A stretch of 64,000 bases of DNA from Terriglobia bacterium (GTDB lineage: Bacteria; Acidobacteriota; Polarisedimenticolia; Polarisedimenticolales; JAIQFR01): positions 2,016,001-2,080,000 of the forward strand of contig CAVVHE010000004.1 in the NCBI GenBank assembly GCA_963748015.1, written 5' to 3'. This document shows, piece after piece, positions 28,733 through 38,598 of the stretch (position 1 is its first letter; each line of letters starts with the position of its first letter). Below the pieces are notes generated by a model. It was not told the DNA's origin, ran no database searches, and saw only the letters and a list, made by a program, of their open reading frames with translations. The position numbers and the translations under genes are program-made.

Positions 28733-30823
28733 TGATCGGTCCTGAACCGTCGTTCCGCCGATTCGGAGCGTGGATGCTCCCGTTGATCCTCGTCCTCGCG
28801 GCCCCGGCGGCCGTTCGAGCGGACGAGGGGATGTGGACGCTGGACAATCCCCCCACCAAGCTCCTGAAGGAGCGCTACGGATTCGAGCCGACGAAGGAGT
28901 GGCTCGACCACGTGCGGCTCGCCTCGGTGCGCTTCAGCGACGGAGGCTCCGGCTCGTTCGTCAGCCGCGACGGGCTCGTGCTCACGAACCACCACGTGGC
29001 CAGCGACCAGCTCCAGAAGGTCTCGACGGCGGAGAAGGACTACCTGACGGACGGCTTCCTGGCGCGGACTCGCGCCGACGAGATGAAGTGCGCCGATCTC
29101 GAGCTGAACGTCCTCGTGTCCATGGAGGAGGTGACCGCGAAGGTCGCTGCGGCGATCAAGCCCGGCACGACCGACAAGCAGGCCAACGACGCGCGGAAAG
29201 CGGCGATCGCGAAGATCGAGAAGGAGAGCCTCGACGCGACGAAGCTCCGCTCCGACGTGGTCACGCTCTACGACGGGCGGCGAGTACTGGCTCTACCGGT
29301 ACAAGAAGTACACCGACATCCGTCTCGTGTTCGCGCCGGAGCGGCAGATCGCCTTCTACGGCGGCGATCCGGACAACTTCACCTTCCCCCGGCACGACCT
29401 CGACATGGCGCTGTTCCGCGTTTACGAGGACGGCAAGGCGATCGCGAGCCCGGCCCGCCTGAAGTGGAACCTGAAGGGGGCGGCCGACGGCGAGCTCGTC
29501 TTCATCTCCGGCCACCCCGGCTCGACCGACCGCCTGCGTACCCTCGCGCAGCTCGAGCTCCTGCGGGACTACCAGTACCCCGCGCAGCTCGAGATCCTGC
29601 GGAGGTACCTCGACGTGGCCCGCCGGCACTCGACCCGCGGGAAGGAGCAGGCGCGCGAGGCCGAGAACCTGATCTTCGGCGTCGAGAACGCGCTGAAGGC
29701 CGAGACGGGCGAGTACGACGGGCTGAAGGACGCGAAGCTGCTCGCGAAGAAGGCGCGCGAGGAACAGGAATTCCGGAAGCTCGTCGCGGCCGACCCCGAG
29801 CGGCAGAAGGCCTACGGCGAGGCGTGGGACGCGATCGCCGGCGCGGAGAAGAAACTCGCCGAGAAGTTCGCGCAGCAGACCTATCGAACCTACTTCGGCT
29901 ACCAGCTTGCAGGCTTCGCGAACTCGATCGTCCGTTACGTCGTCGAGGTAAAGAAACCGGACGGCGACCGCCTCGAGGAGTTCCACGAGGCCGGCCTCGA
30001 ATCGCTCCGCTTCCAGCTGCTGTCCCCCGCCCCCGTCTACCCGGGCCTCGAGGAGGCGCTCGTCGCCAACAGTCTCCGCCTCTCGCTCGAGAAGCTCGGC
30101 CCCGAAGACCCGTACGTGAAGGCCGCCCTCGGCGGGAAGACGCCGGAGCAGGTCGCGAAGGAGGTCATCGGGGGCACCAAGCTCGGCGACGCCGGCGAGC
30201 GCAAGAAACTCCTCGAGGGGGGCGAGGCCGCGGTCGCGGCGTCCGCCGATCCGCTCGTCGTCTTCGCCCGCCGCCTCGACCCGGTCCGGCGCGAGACGCG
30301 CAAGTGGTACGAGGACAACATCCAGAGCGTCGAGCGCGCGGCGGGAGAGAAGATCGGGAAGGCCCGCTTCGCCGCCTACGGGAAGTCGGCCTACCCCGAC
30401 GCGACCTTCACGCTCCGTCTCGCCTACGGCACGGTCAAGGGCTACCCGATGAACGGGACGGAGGCGCCCTCCAAGACGACGTTCTACGGGCTCTACGATC
30501 GGGCCACGAGCTTCGATTTCAAGGCGCCGTTCGACCTGCCGGCGCGCTTCGTCGAGGGGAAGGGCGAGCTCGACCTCTCGACGCCCCTCAACTTCGTCTC
30601 GACCGGCGACATCATCGGCGGCAACTCCGGCTCGCCCGTGGTCAACCGGGCCGGCGAGCTCGTGGGGCTGATCTTCGACGGCAACATCGAGAGCCTGGTC
30701 GGGCGATTCGTCTACGACGACACCGCCAATCGCGCCGTGGCCGTGCACACGGCCGCCATGGCCGAAGCCTTGAAGAAGCTCTACGACGCCGATTTCATCG
30801 TCAAGGAGCTGCTCGCGCCGTAG
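28733..30823 (+). CDS. S46 family dipeptidyl peptidase (DPP7/DAP BII-like), one frameshift near 29277
   Basis: ADEGMW, TNHHVA, DNFTFPRH, YPDATFTLRL, DIIGGNSGSPV. The N-terminal frame joins the 29327 ORF frame at LYxGGEYWLY. Confidence 0.9.
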
Positions 30824-30947
30824 GGCGCGCGGTTCGAATGCCGCATCTCCGCGTTTTGGGGGGGTGGAAACCGCCGGAAAGGCGGGTAAGAACTATTTAG
30901 AGGAATCGGAGTATAATTATTGCGGAGTGATTCCAAGGAGGGGTGCC

Positions 30948-31610
30948 ATGTCGAAGGCCTTCCGTAACGTGTCCATCGTTCTCGCCCTCACCTTCCTGGT
31001 CGTGGCGGCCACCCTGCCGGCGCAGGCGGAAGAGACGCCGACCAGCGATTTCCAGGGCCCCAAGCTCCTTCCCAGCATCAAGGCGGAATTCCAGCTGCCG
31101 ACCCGTGCCCGCCATGCGGTCGGCGACTCTCTCCTCGTGTTCCAGGCCATCGTGCTGAAGGACGGCTCGGTGGGCTACGTCGAGCTGCTCAACGACGACC
31201 GGCCGTACCCGGGCGTCGAGCAGGCCGCGCGCGATTCGTTCCGCAAGTGGAAGTATGAGCCGGGCAAGATGGCCGGCCTGCCGGTGGACGCGGGCGTGAC
31301 GATCTCGGTGATGTTCCGCGGCATGTCCGCAGCCACGATGACCCGTCCGGCCGACAACTGGTCGTTCCGGGACATGAACACCGGAAAGGACCTTCCCGGC
31401 CTGCTGGACACCGCGGTCTTCAACGGACGGCGGGGCGGCCGTTACCAGCCCGCCAACGGCGAGTTCCCCGGCGGCGACATGAAGCACGGCACCGGCTGCG
31501 ACTTCAAGGCCGGCCCGCGCTGCGCCTACCTGATCCCGGGCGGCCCGTTCTACAACGTCGACATGCCGCTCGCCGATTCGGGTCTCAACCCCGGCGTCGG
31601 CGGCAAGTAG
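30948..31610 (+). CDS. Secreted TonB C-terminal domain protein
   Basis: AAGGAGG RBS, signal peptide, IVLKDGSV...AARDSFRKWKYEPG...PV. Confidence 0.65.
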   Translation: MSKAFRNVSIVLALTFLVVAATLPAQAEETPTSDFQGPKLLPSIKAEFQLPTRARHAVGDSLLVFQAIVLKDGSVGYVELLNDDRPYPGVEQAARDSFRKWKYEPGKMAGLPVDAGVTISVMFRGMSAATMTRPADNWSFRDMNTGKDLPGLLDTAVFNGRRGGRYQPANGEFPGGDMKHGTGCDFKAGPRCAYLIPGGPFYNVDMPLADSGLNPGVGGK

Positions 31611-31631
31611 GTCTTCCTCCTCCCGCCCGGG

Positions 31632-34600
31632 CTATTCCGGCCGCCAGGCCGGGATACGCCCGGGTGTCCAGGGAGCACCCGCCGCCTCCGCCTCCTCCTC
31701 CAGCTTCCGTAGGTCCTGGCCCACCAGGGTCCTGAGCCGCTCCAGGACGTTCCCGAACCTTCCCGCCACGATGTCGTAGGCCTGCCGCTGCGTTCCCGTC
31801 GGGGCGGAGGTCGTCGTCCACTGACCATACACGATCCCCTGCACCCGGCCGACGAGCGAGGGGGGCGTGGGCTCGTTGCGCGACGCGATCGTGTCGTCCC
31901 CGTTCAGCTGGACCGAGAGGTCCTTGAGCCGGGTCTCGAGGGCCAGCGCCTGCTCCCGCAGCCGCGGGTCCGCTTTCGGAGCGTCCAGGAGGGCCTTCTT
32001 GAGGTGGTCCAGCCGCCCCTGCGCTTCACCGACGGTCTCGACCGCCCCGAGCACCGCCCGCTGCAGCCGGGCGGTCTTCTCCGCGAAGGCGAGGACGGCG
32101 GCGCGATCGGGTGCTGGGAGGCTCGCCGCTCCCAGCGGCGTCGTGTTGAAGCTCTGAGGCTCGCCGAGCGGCGTCAGCTTCCCGCCGACCCGCTTCGCCA
32201 GCGAGATCCTGTAGGTGCCCGGGGCGGCCATGGGGCCGATCGGCTTGTTCTCCCAGGGGTTGTCGTCCACCACGGGCTTCAGGTCGGTCGGGGTGACGGC
32301 CGCGAAGCGCAGGTCCCACGCGATCCGCTGGAACCCCTCCTTGGGGGAAGCGGTGAGCCGGCGCACGACGTTGCCCGCGGCGTCGGTCACGGTGAGGACC
32401 AGGGCGGGCTCCTCCTCGCGGTCCTCCGCGCGCAGCTCGTCCCAGGAGGGATAGAAGACGTCCCCGCCCTTCTTCGCGATCTCCTTCTCCTTGTCCAGGC
32501 GCTGCTTCCGGAGCGACTTGAGCTCGTCCTTGAGATAGACCGTGAAGACGGCGCCGAACGGGGGGTTCGGGGCGGTGTAGTAGGCGTCCCCCATCGAGCC
32601 CTTCTCCTTGAGGCCGAGCGGCGTCGAGGGGACGTACATGTAGGCGGGGCGCACCGGGAAGAGGACCGCCTCCTTCTCGAGGAGCTCGGGGGTCGCCGTG
32701 CGGAGCGGCGAGATGTCGTCGAGCACGAAGAAGCCCCGGCCGAAGGTCGCGGCGACGAGATCGTCCTCGCGCTTCTGGATCGCGAGGTCGCGAACGGCGA
32801 TCGTCGGGACGCCGCCCTTGAGTTGGACCCACCGCTTGCCGCCGTCGTTGCTGAAGTACAGGCCGAACTCGGTCCCGGCGAAGAGGAGCCCGGTCCCCGC
32901 GGGGTCCTCGGCCAGCGAGTAAACGGTGCCTCGCTCGGGGAGGTCTCCCGCGATCGACGTCCAGGTGCGGCCGCGGTCCGTGCTCTTCAGGACGTAGGGC
33001 TTGAAGTCGGCGTTCTTGTGGTTGTCGAACGCGGCGTACACCGTGCCGGCGTCGTGCTGGGAGGCGAGGAGGTACGACACGTAGGTGATGTCGGGAACGC
33101 CCGGGAAGCTCTCGACCTTCCGCCACGCCGTCCCGCCGTCCTCGGTAACCTGGATCAGGCCGTCGTCGGTGCCGGCGTACAGGAGCCCCTCGACCTTCGG
33201 CGACTCCGCGAGCGACACGATGTTCCCGTAGAACGAGGTGGAGGCGTTCTTGGCGACCGCGTCGACGCTCCAGACGCGTCCCATCATCTTGAGCTTGTTC
33301 CGGTCGATCTTCCGGGTGAGGTCGGGGCTGATCGCCCGCCACGAGTCGCCGCGGTCGTCGCTGCGCAGGATCTTCTGCGCGGCGAAGTAGAGGCGCGTGT
33401 GCGCGTGGGGGCTGATGAGGAGCGGCGAGTCCCAGTTGAAGCGGAGGGCGTCCTCCCCTTCTCCCGGCTGCGGCTGAATGTCCATCACCTCGCCGGTCTT
33501 CCGGTCGAACCGGCCCAGGCCCCCGTACTGCGACTCGGAGTAGACGATGTTCGGGTCCTTGGGGTCGACCCGGCTCTGGAAGCCGTCCCCTCCCACCGTG
33601 ATGAACCAGTCGGCGTTGGCGATCCCCGTGGCGGTCGCGGTGCGCGAGGGGCCGCCCATCGTGTTGTTGTCCTGCGTTCCGCCATAGACGTTGTAGAAGG
33701 GTACCGCCTCGTCGAGGGCCACGCGGTAGAACTGCGCCACCGGGAGGTTCGCGATGAAGCCCCACGTCGCCCCGCGGTCGAAGGTCTCGTAGATGCCGCC
33801 GTCGCACCCCGCGATGAGGTGGTCGGTGTCGTCCGGATCGATCCAGAGCGCGTGGTTGTCCACGTGCTTGTACTTCTCCCCGACCTTGCGGAACGTCTTC
33901 CCGCCGTCCTCGGTCACCTGCATCCAGGTGTCCATCGAGTAGACCCGGTCGAGGGCCTTGGGGTCGGCGAAGAGCTCCTGGTAGTACTGGGCGCTGCCGG
34001 ACACCGTGCTCGACATCTTGCTCCAGCTGCCGCCCGCGTCTCTCGAGCGGAAGAAGCCGCCGGCCTTGTTCGCGGCCTCGATCGTCGCGTAGACCACGTC
34101 GGGGTCGACCGGCGAAACCGCCAGGCCGATGCGCCCGATGTCTTCCTTCGGCAGCCCGGCCTCGAGCTTCCGCCAGGTCGCCCCGGCGTCGGTGGACTTG
34201 TGGATCGCCGACTCGGGGCCGCCGTTGATCAGCGCCCACACGTGGCGGCGCCTCTGGTACGACGCCGCGTAGAGGACGTCGGGGTCCCGCGGGTCCATGA
34301 CCACGTCGGTCACGCCGGTGTTCTCGGAGATCTCGAGGACCTTCTTCCAGGTCTTGCCGTTGTCGGTCGTCTTGTAGAGGCCACGGTCGCCGCCGGGGGC
34401 CCAGAGCGGCCCCTGCGCCGCCACGTACACGACCCCCGCGGTGCGCGGGTCGAAGAGGATCTTGGCGATGTGCTCCGAGGCCTTGAGGCCGACGTTCTCC
34501 CAGGTCAGGCCGCCGTCGAGCGAGCGGTAGACCCCGTCGCCGTACGCCACGCTCCGCTGGCTGTTGTTCTCGCCGGTCCCGACCCACACCGTGAGCGGGT

Positions 34601-34943
34601 TCCTGGGATCGAGCGCCACGCACCCGATCGAGTACGACCCCTGCGCGTCGAAGATCGGGGTCCACGTCGTCCCCGCGTTGGTCGTCTTCCACACGCCTCC
34701 CGAGGCGACGGCCGCGTACCAGGTGCTCCGCCTCGTCGGGTGGATCGCGAGGTCGCCGATCCGCCCGGACATCATGGCCGGGCCGATCTCGCGGAGTGCA
34801 AGACCCGAGAACGTCTCGGCGCTCATCTTGGTCTTGGGCTTCGCGGGAGCGTCCTTTCCGGAGGTTTCCTTGGCGGGGGCCGCGAGCGCGGCCGTGGCGG
34901 CGAGGGACAGCAGGAAGGCGACGGCTGCGAGAGCACGCTTCAT
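31632..34943 (-). CDS. Secreted VPS10/sortilin-like BNR (Asp-box) repeat beta-propeller protein
   Basis: Many SxDxGxTW repeats, REIGPAMMSGRI, GGTQDN, RFNWDSP; coiled-coil C-terminus. Confidence 0.9.
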   Translation of the reverse strand: MKRALAAVAFLLSLAATAALAAPAKETSGKDAPAKPKTKMSAETFSGLALREIGPAMMSGRIGDLAIHPTRRSTWYAAVASGGVWKTTNAGTTWTPIFDAQGSYSIGCVALDPRNPLTVWVGTGENNSQRSVAYGDGVYRSLDGGLTWENVGLKASEHIAKILFDPRTAGVVYVAAQGPLWAPGGDRGLYKTTDNGKTWKKVLEISENTGVTDVVMDPRDPDVLYAASYQRRRHVWALINGGPESAIHKSTDAGATWRKLEAGLPKEDIGRIGLAVSPVDPDVVYATIEAANKAGGFFRSRDAGGSWSKMSSTVSGSAQYYQELFADPKALDRVYSMDTWMQVTEDGGKTFRKVGEKYKHVDNHALWIDPDDTDHLIAGCDGGIYETFDRGATWGFIANLPVAQFYRVALDEAVPFYNVYGGTQDNNTMGGPSRTATATGIANADWFITVGGDGFQSRVDPKDPNIVYSESQYGGLGRFDRKTGEVMDIQPQPGEGEDALRFNWDSPLLISPHAHTRLYFAAQKILRSDDRGDSWRAISPDLTRKIDRNKLKMMGRVWSVDAVAKNASTSFYGNIVSLAESPKVEGLLYAGTDDGLIQVTEDGGTAWRKVESFPGVPDITYVSYLLASQHDAGTVYAAFDNHKNADFKPYVLKSTDRGRTWTSIAGDLPERGTVYSLAEDPAGTGLLFAGTEFGLYFSNDGGKRWVQLKGGVPTIAVRDLAIQKREDDLVAATFGRGFFVLDDISPLRTATPELLEKEAVLFPVRPAYMYVPSTPLGLKEKGSMGDAYYTAPNPPFGAVFTVYLKDELKSLRKQRLDKEKEIAKKGGDVFYPSWDELRAEDREEEPALVLTVTDAAGNVVRRLTASPKEGFQRIAWDLRFAAVTPTDLKPVVDDNPWENKPIGPMAAPGTYRISLAKRVGGKLTPLGEPQSFNTTPLGAASLPAPDRAAVLAFAEKTARLQRAVLGAVETVGEAQGRLDHLKKALLDAPKADPRLREQALALETRLKDLSVQLNGDDTIASRNEPTPPSLVGRVQGIVYGQWTTTSAPTGTQRQAYDIVAGRFGNVLERLRTLVGQDLRKLEEEAEAAGAPWTPGRIPAWRPE

Positions 34944-35061
34944 GGGATCCTCTTCTCGGCGGGCAATCTCCGCCGGTGGCTGAAGAGACTACAACCGACG
35001 CGAGGCGAATTGAAGGGCGGCGCTCGCGGCGAGCGAGTTTTCCTTTTCCCACCCTTTTTCT

Positions 35062-35093
35062 CTTGACATCGGCGCCGCGTCAAGGTAATTACC
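35062..35093. promoter_or_regulatory. Divergent promoter region with CTTGAC-N11-GTCAAG palindrome
   Basis: TTGACA on the + strand and TTGACG on the - strand form an inverted repeat, followed by the GGTAATTACC palindrome, between divergent genes. Confidence 0.45.
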
Positions 35094-35180
35094 CCCGATC
35101 ATGAGGGGAAGGCGAGTAGGGTTCTTCCCGCCGGCTCCGCGAGCCGGCGCGTCCGTCCACACCCTGAAGGAGGGATCCCG

Positions 35181-36257
35181 ATGAAGAGGTCCGCACTGCG
35201 TTCCACCTTCTGGATTCTGCCGATCGTCGTGGCGCTGGCCGTGCTTCCCGTGCTCGCCGACGCCGCGCACACCGCCAAGCAGACCCCGCCGGTCAAGATG
35301 GGCACCTCCGGCGGCAGCTCGGCCGACAAGAGCACGCTCTACTGCTGCGGGGGCACGCTGGGTGCAGCCGTGCTCTACGACGGCAGATTGAGCATCCTCA
35401 GCAACAATCACGTCCTAGCTCGCTCGGGCCTCGCGAAGGCGGGAGAGACTACCATTCAGCCGGCGCTCATCGACAACAACTGCAGCTCGACCGGGTTGAA
35501 CTCCGTCGGCGCCTTCGCGGGCAATCTCGTTCCTCTCGGCAGGAACGTGGACGCCGCGATCTCGTTTGCGAACACCGGGATGGTGGATTCCACCGGCGCG
35601 ATCATCGACATCGGGGTGCCCTGCAACACCGTGCAGGCGCCGACCGTCGGCCTCTCGGTGAAGAAGAGCGGACGAACCACGGGGACCACGACGGGGACCG
35701 TCCAGGCGATCAACAGCACGGTGACCGTTCAGTACCAGAAGGGGTGCGGGACCGGGAAGAAGTTCACGCAGACCTACACCAACCAGATCACGATCACGGG
35801 CACCGGGGGCTCCTTCAGCGCCGGCGGCGATTCCGGCTCGCTGATCGTCTCGAACGACGGGACCCCGAACCCGGTGGGGCTGCTGTTCGCCGGGAACACC
35901 ACGACGACGATCGGAAACAGGATCTCCGACGTGGTCGCGCAGTTCCAGTCCGGCGGGCACACCTTCTCGTTCGTCGGTAACACTTGCGCGGCGGCCGCGT
36001 TCAAGGAGCGCCCGCTGAACCCGCCCGATGCCGAGCTCGAGTACGTCACGAAGATCAAGGAGGCGAACGAGGCCGCCCTGTTCGCCCATCCCGGCGTCAT
36101 CGGCGTCGGCGTCGGCCAGGCGGACGACGATGCGTTCCGGGCGGTCATGGTCATCTACGTGGACAGCGGCCGGCACATGCGCCCCCATGGGCTTCCGACC
36201 GAGATCGACGGGATCCCGGTGAAGGTAGTCCCGACCGAGCCGTTCGTCGCTTACTGA
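35181..36257 (+). CDS. Secreted trypsin-like (PA clan) serine protease
   Basis: Signal peptide, GTLG, LSNNHV (His), VDAA (Asp), GDSGS (Ser). Confidence 0.85.
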   Translation: MKRSALRSTFWILPIVVALAVLPVLADAAHTAKQTPPVKMGTSGGSSADKSTLYCCGGTLGAAVLYDGRLSILSNNHVLARSGLAKAGETTIQPALIDNNCSSTGLNSVGAFAGNLVPLGRNVDAAISFANTGMVDSTGAIIDIGVPCNTVQAPTVGLSVKKSGRTTGTTTGTVQAINSTVTVQYQKGCGTGKKFTQTYTNQITITGTGGSFSAGGDSGSLIVSNDGTPNPVGLLFAGNTTTTIGNRISDVVAQFQSGGHTFSFVGNTCAAAAFKERPLNPPDAELEYVTKIKEANEAALFAHPGVIGVGVGQADDDAFRAVMVIYVDSGRHMRPHGLPTEIDGIPVKVVPTEPFVAY

Positions 36258-36272
36258 TTCATTTCCCTTAGT

Positions 36273-36305
36273 CCGCCGGGCGCTCCTCGACGGGGCGCCC
36301 GGCGG
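36273..36305 (+). terminator. GC-rich hairpin downstream of the protease gene
   Basis: CCGCCGGGCGC/GCGCCCGGCGG stem; no clear U-tract. Confidence 0.45.
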
Positions 36306-36378
36306 CCTCCATCCCGTCCGGCCCCCGCCGCCCCCATCCCTTTCGCGCGAGAGCGTGGGGTTGTTGCATAATCCCCGC

Positions 36379-37149
36379 GTGCCGAACCAGCCCTGGCAGT
36401 TTCCCCTGATCCTGCTCGCCGCCTTTGCCGCGGGGATGGTGAACTCCGTCGCGGGGGGCGGGACCCTCCTCTCGTTCCCGGCGCTGGTCTGGGCGGGTCG
36501 CGATCCGCTCCTCGCCAACGCCACGAACACGATCGCCCTGTGGCCCGGCTCGCTGGGCGGGCTGTGGGGCTACCGGCGCGAGGTCTCGGGGAGCGGCCGG
36601 TTCGCGGCGGCGCTGCTCGGCCCCTCGATCCTCGGCGGGATCCTGGGAGCGATCCTGCTGCTCCGGACGCCGTCCAGGACCTTCGCCGACCTGGTGCCCT
36701 GGCTGATCCTGCTGGCCACGGTACTGCTCGCCGTCCAGGAGCCGGCCTCGCGCCTCGCGGCGAAGCTCGGGGCGGACCGGCGCGGCCCCGCATGGTGGGC
36801 CGGCGCGATCGGATTCCAGTTCCTGGTCGGGCTCTACGGCGGCTACTTCGGCGCGGGGATCGGGATCCTCATGCTCGCCGCGCTGGGCCTCCTCGGGCTC
36901 ACCGACATCCACCAGATGAACGGTCTCAAGAACTTCCTGGCCTTCTCGATCAACGCCACCGCGGCGCTGTACTTCGCCGCGCGCGGCGCGGTGCTGTGGA
37001 GCGACGGGCTGCCGATGGCGGCTGCCGCGATTTGCGGCGGGCTGACCGGGGCCGCGCTCGCGCGGAAGCTGGGCCGGAGGGCGGTCAGGCGCGCGGTGGT
37101 GGGCATCGGCCTGCTCATGGCGCTCTCCCTCTTCATGAAACGGATCTGA
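36379..37149 (+). CDS. TauE/SafE (TSUP) family transporter
   Basis: NSVAGGGTLLSFPAL, ANATNT, YGGYFGAGIG. Confidence 0.88.
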   Translation: MPNQPWQFPLILLAAFAAGMVNSVAGGGTLLSFPALVWAGRDPLLANATNTIALWPGSLGGLWGYRREVSGSGRFAAALLGPSILGGILGAILLLRTPSRTFADLVPWLILLATVLLAVQEPASRLAAKLGADRRGPAWWAGAIGFQFLVGLYGGYFGAGIGILMLAALGLLGLTDIHQMNGLKNFLAFSINATAALYFAARGAVLWSDGLPMAAAAICGGLTGAALARKLGRRAVRRAVVGIGLLMALSLFMKRI

Positions 37150-37175
37150 AGGGACGATCGTTGGCGGAGCGGCAA

Positions 37176-38588
37176 ATGGAGCGTTACGACGTCGTGATCC
37201 TCGGGGGCGGGCCGGCCGGCGAGCGGGCGGCCATCACGGCCGCGCGGATCGGCAAGCGCGTGGTATTGATCGAGCGCGAGCACGTCGTCGGCGGCACGTG
37301 CATCAACTGGGGGACGATCCCGAGCAAGACGCTCCGCGAGAGCGCCCTGTTCGTGTTGTCCATCACGAGGCACAAGGTCGAGGGGATCCGGACGGAGATC
37401 GCCGACCGGATCACGGTCCAGGACTTCATGTACCGCGAGCGGCTCGTGGTCCAGCGCGAGCTCGAGCTCGTGAACAAGACCCTCGACAAGTACCAGGTGG
37501 AGGTCGTCAAGGGGCATGGGAGCTTCCTGGACGAGCACACCGTGTCGGTGGCCGGCCCCGACGCGAAGGAGCTCGCGCGCGTCGCCGGGGACGTGATCGT
37601 GATCGCCACGGGGTCGATCCCCAACCGCCCGGGGAGCGTCCCCTTCGACCACGAGACGGTCTTCGACAGCAACACGATCCTTCAACTTCCCAGGATGCCG
37701 CGCACGATGATCGTGCTGGGCGCGGGGGTGATCGGGGTCGAGTACGCGTCGATCTTCGCGGCGCTGGGCGTCCGCATCGTCCTGGTGGACACGCGCGAGC
37801 AGCTCCTCCCCTACCTCGACCGGGAGATCGTCGAGATCCTCCAGCGAGAGCTAGCGCATCTCGGCGTCGAGTTCGTGCAGGGAGACACCGGCGAGCGTAT
37901 CGAGAGGATCGAGGGGGAGCCGCCGCGGGTCCGCTGCCGGACCCGCTCGGGACGCATCCTCGAGGCCGACGTGATGCTCTACGCGATCGGGCGCGACGGG
38001 GCGACCCGGAGCCTCGGGCTCGAGAACGTTGGGATCGAGTCCAGCCCGCGCGGCCTGATCGAGGTCAACGAGTGGTACCAGACGCGACACGCGCACATCT
38101 ACGCGGTCGGGGACGTCATCGGCTACCCGGCGCTGGCGAGCACCTCGATGGAGCAGGGACGCCAGGCGATCCGTCACGCGTTCGACGCTCCCGGGCCTCG
38201 CGGGCGGACGACCGTCCTGCCGTTCGCGCTGTACTCGATCCCCGAGGTGAGCTACATCGGCGAGTCCGAGAAGGGCCTGCTCGAGAAGGGCACCGACTTC
38301 GTCGTCGGCCGGGCACTCTACGAGTTCAACCCGCGCGGCCAGATCTCGGGGGACACCGAGGGCTTGCTCAAGCTCCTCTTCGAGACGGAGTCCGGGCGAC
38401 TTCTCGGCGCGCACCTCGTCGGACACGGAGCGAGCGAGCTGATCCACGTCGGGCAGGCGTATCTCAACTCCGGCGCCGACGCCTCGACGATCGCCGAGAC
38501 GCTCTACAACTACCCGACGCTTTCGGACCTCTACCGGCACGCGGCGCTCGAGGGGCTCGCCGCCAGGCGGCGCAAGCTAGCGCGCTGA
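37176..38588 (+). CDS. sthA: Soluble (Si-specific) NAD(P)+ transhydrogenase
   Basis: GGGPAG, GGTCINWGTIPSKT (CxxxxT), GAGVIGVEYA, PALASTSMEQGR, NYPTLS. Confidence 0.9.
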   Translation: MERYDVVILGGGPAGERAAITAARIGKRVVLIEREHVVGGTCINWGTIPSKTLRESALFVLSITRHKVEGIRTEIADRITVQDFMYRERLVVQRELELVNKTLDKYQVEVVKGHGSFLDEHTVSVAGPDAKELARVAGDVIVIATGSIPNRPGSVPFDHETVFDSNTILQLPRMPRTMIVLGAGVIGVEYASIFAALGVRIVLVDTREQLLPYLDREIVEILQRELAHLGVEFVQGDTGERIERIEGEPPRVRCRTRSGRILEADVMLYAIGRDGATRSLGLENVGIESSPRGLIEVNEWYQTRHAHIYAVGDVIGYPALASTSMEQGRQAIRHAFDAPGPRGRTTVLPFALYSIPEVSYIGESEKGLLEKGTDFVVGRALYEFNPRGQISGDTEGLLKLLFETESGRLLGAHLVGHGASELIHVGQAYLNSGADASTIAETLYNYPTLSDLYRHAALEGLAARRRKLAR

Positions 38589-38598
38589 TTCCGGGGCG

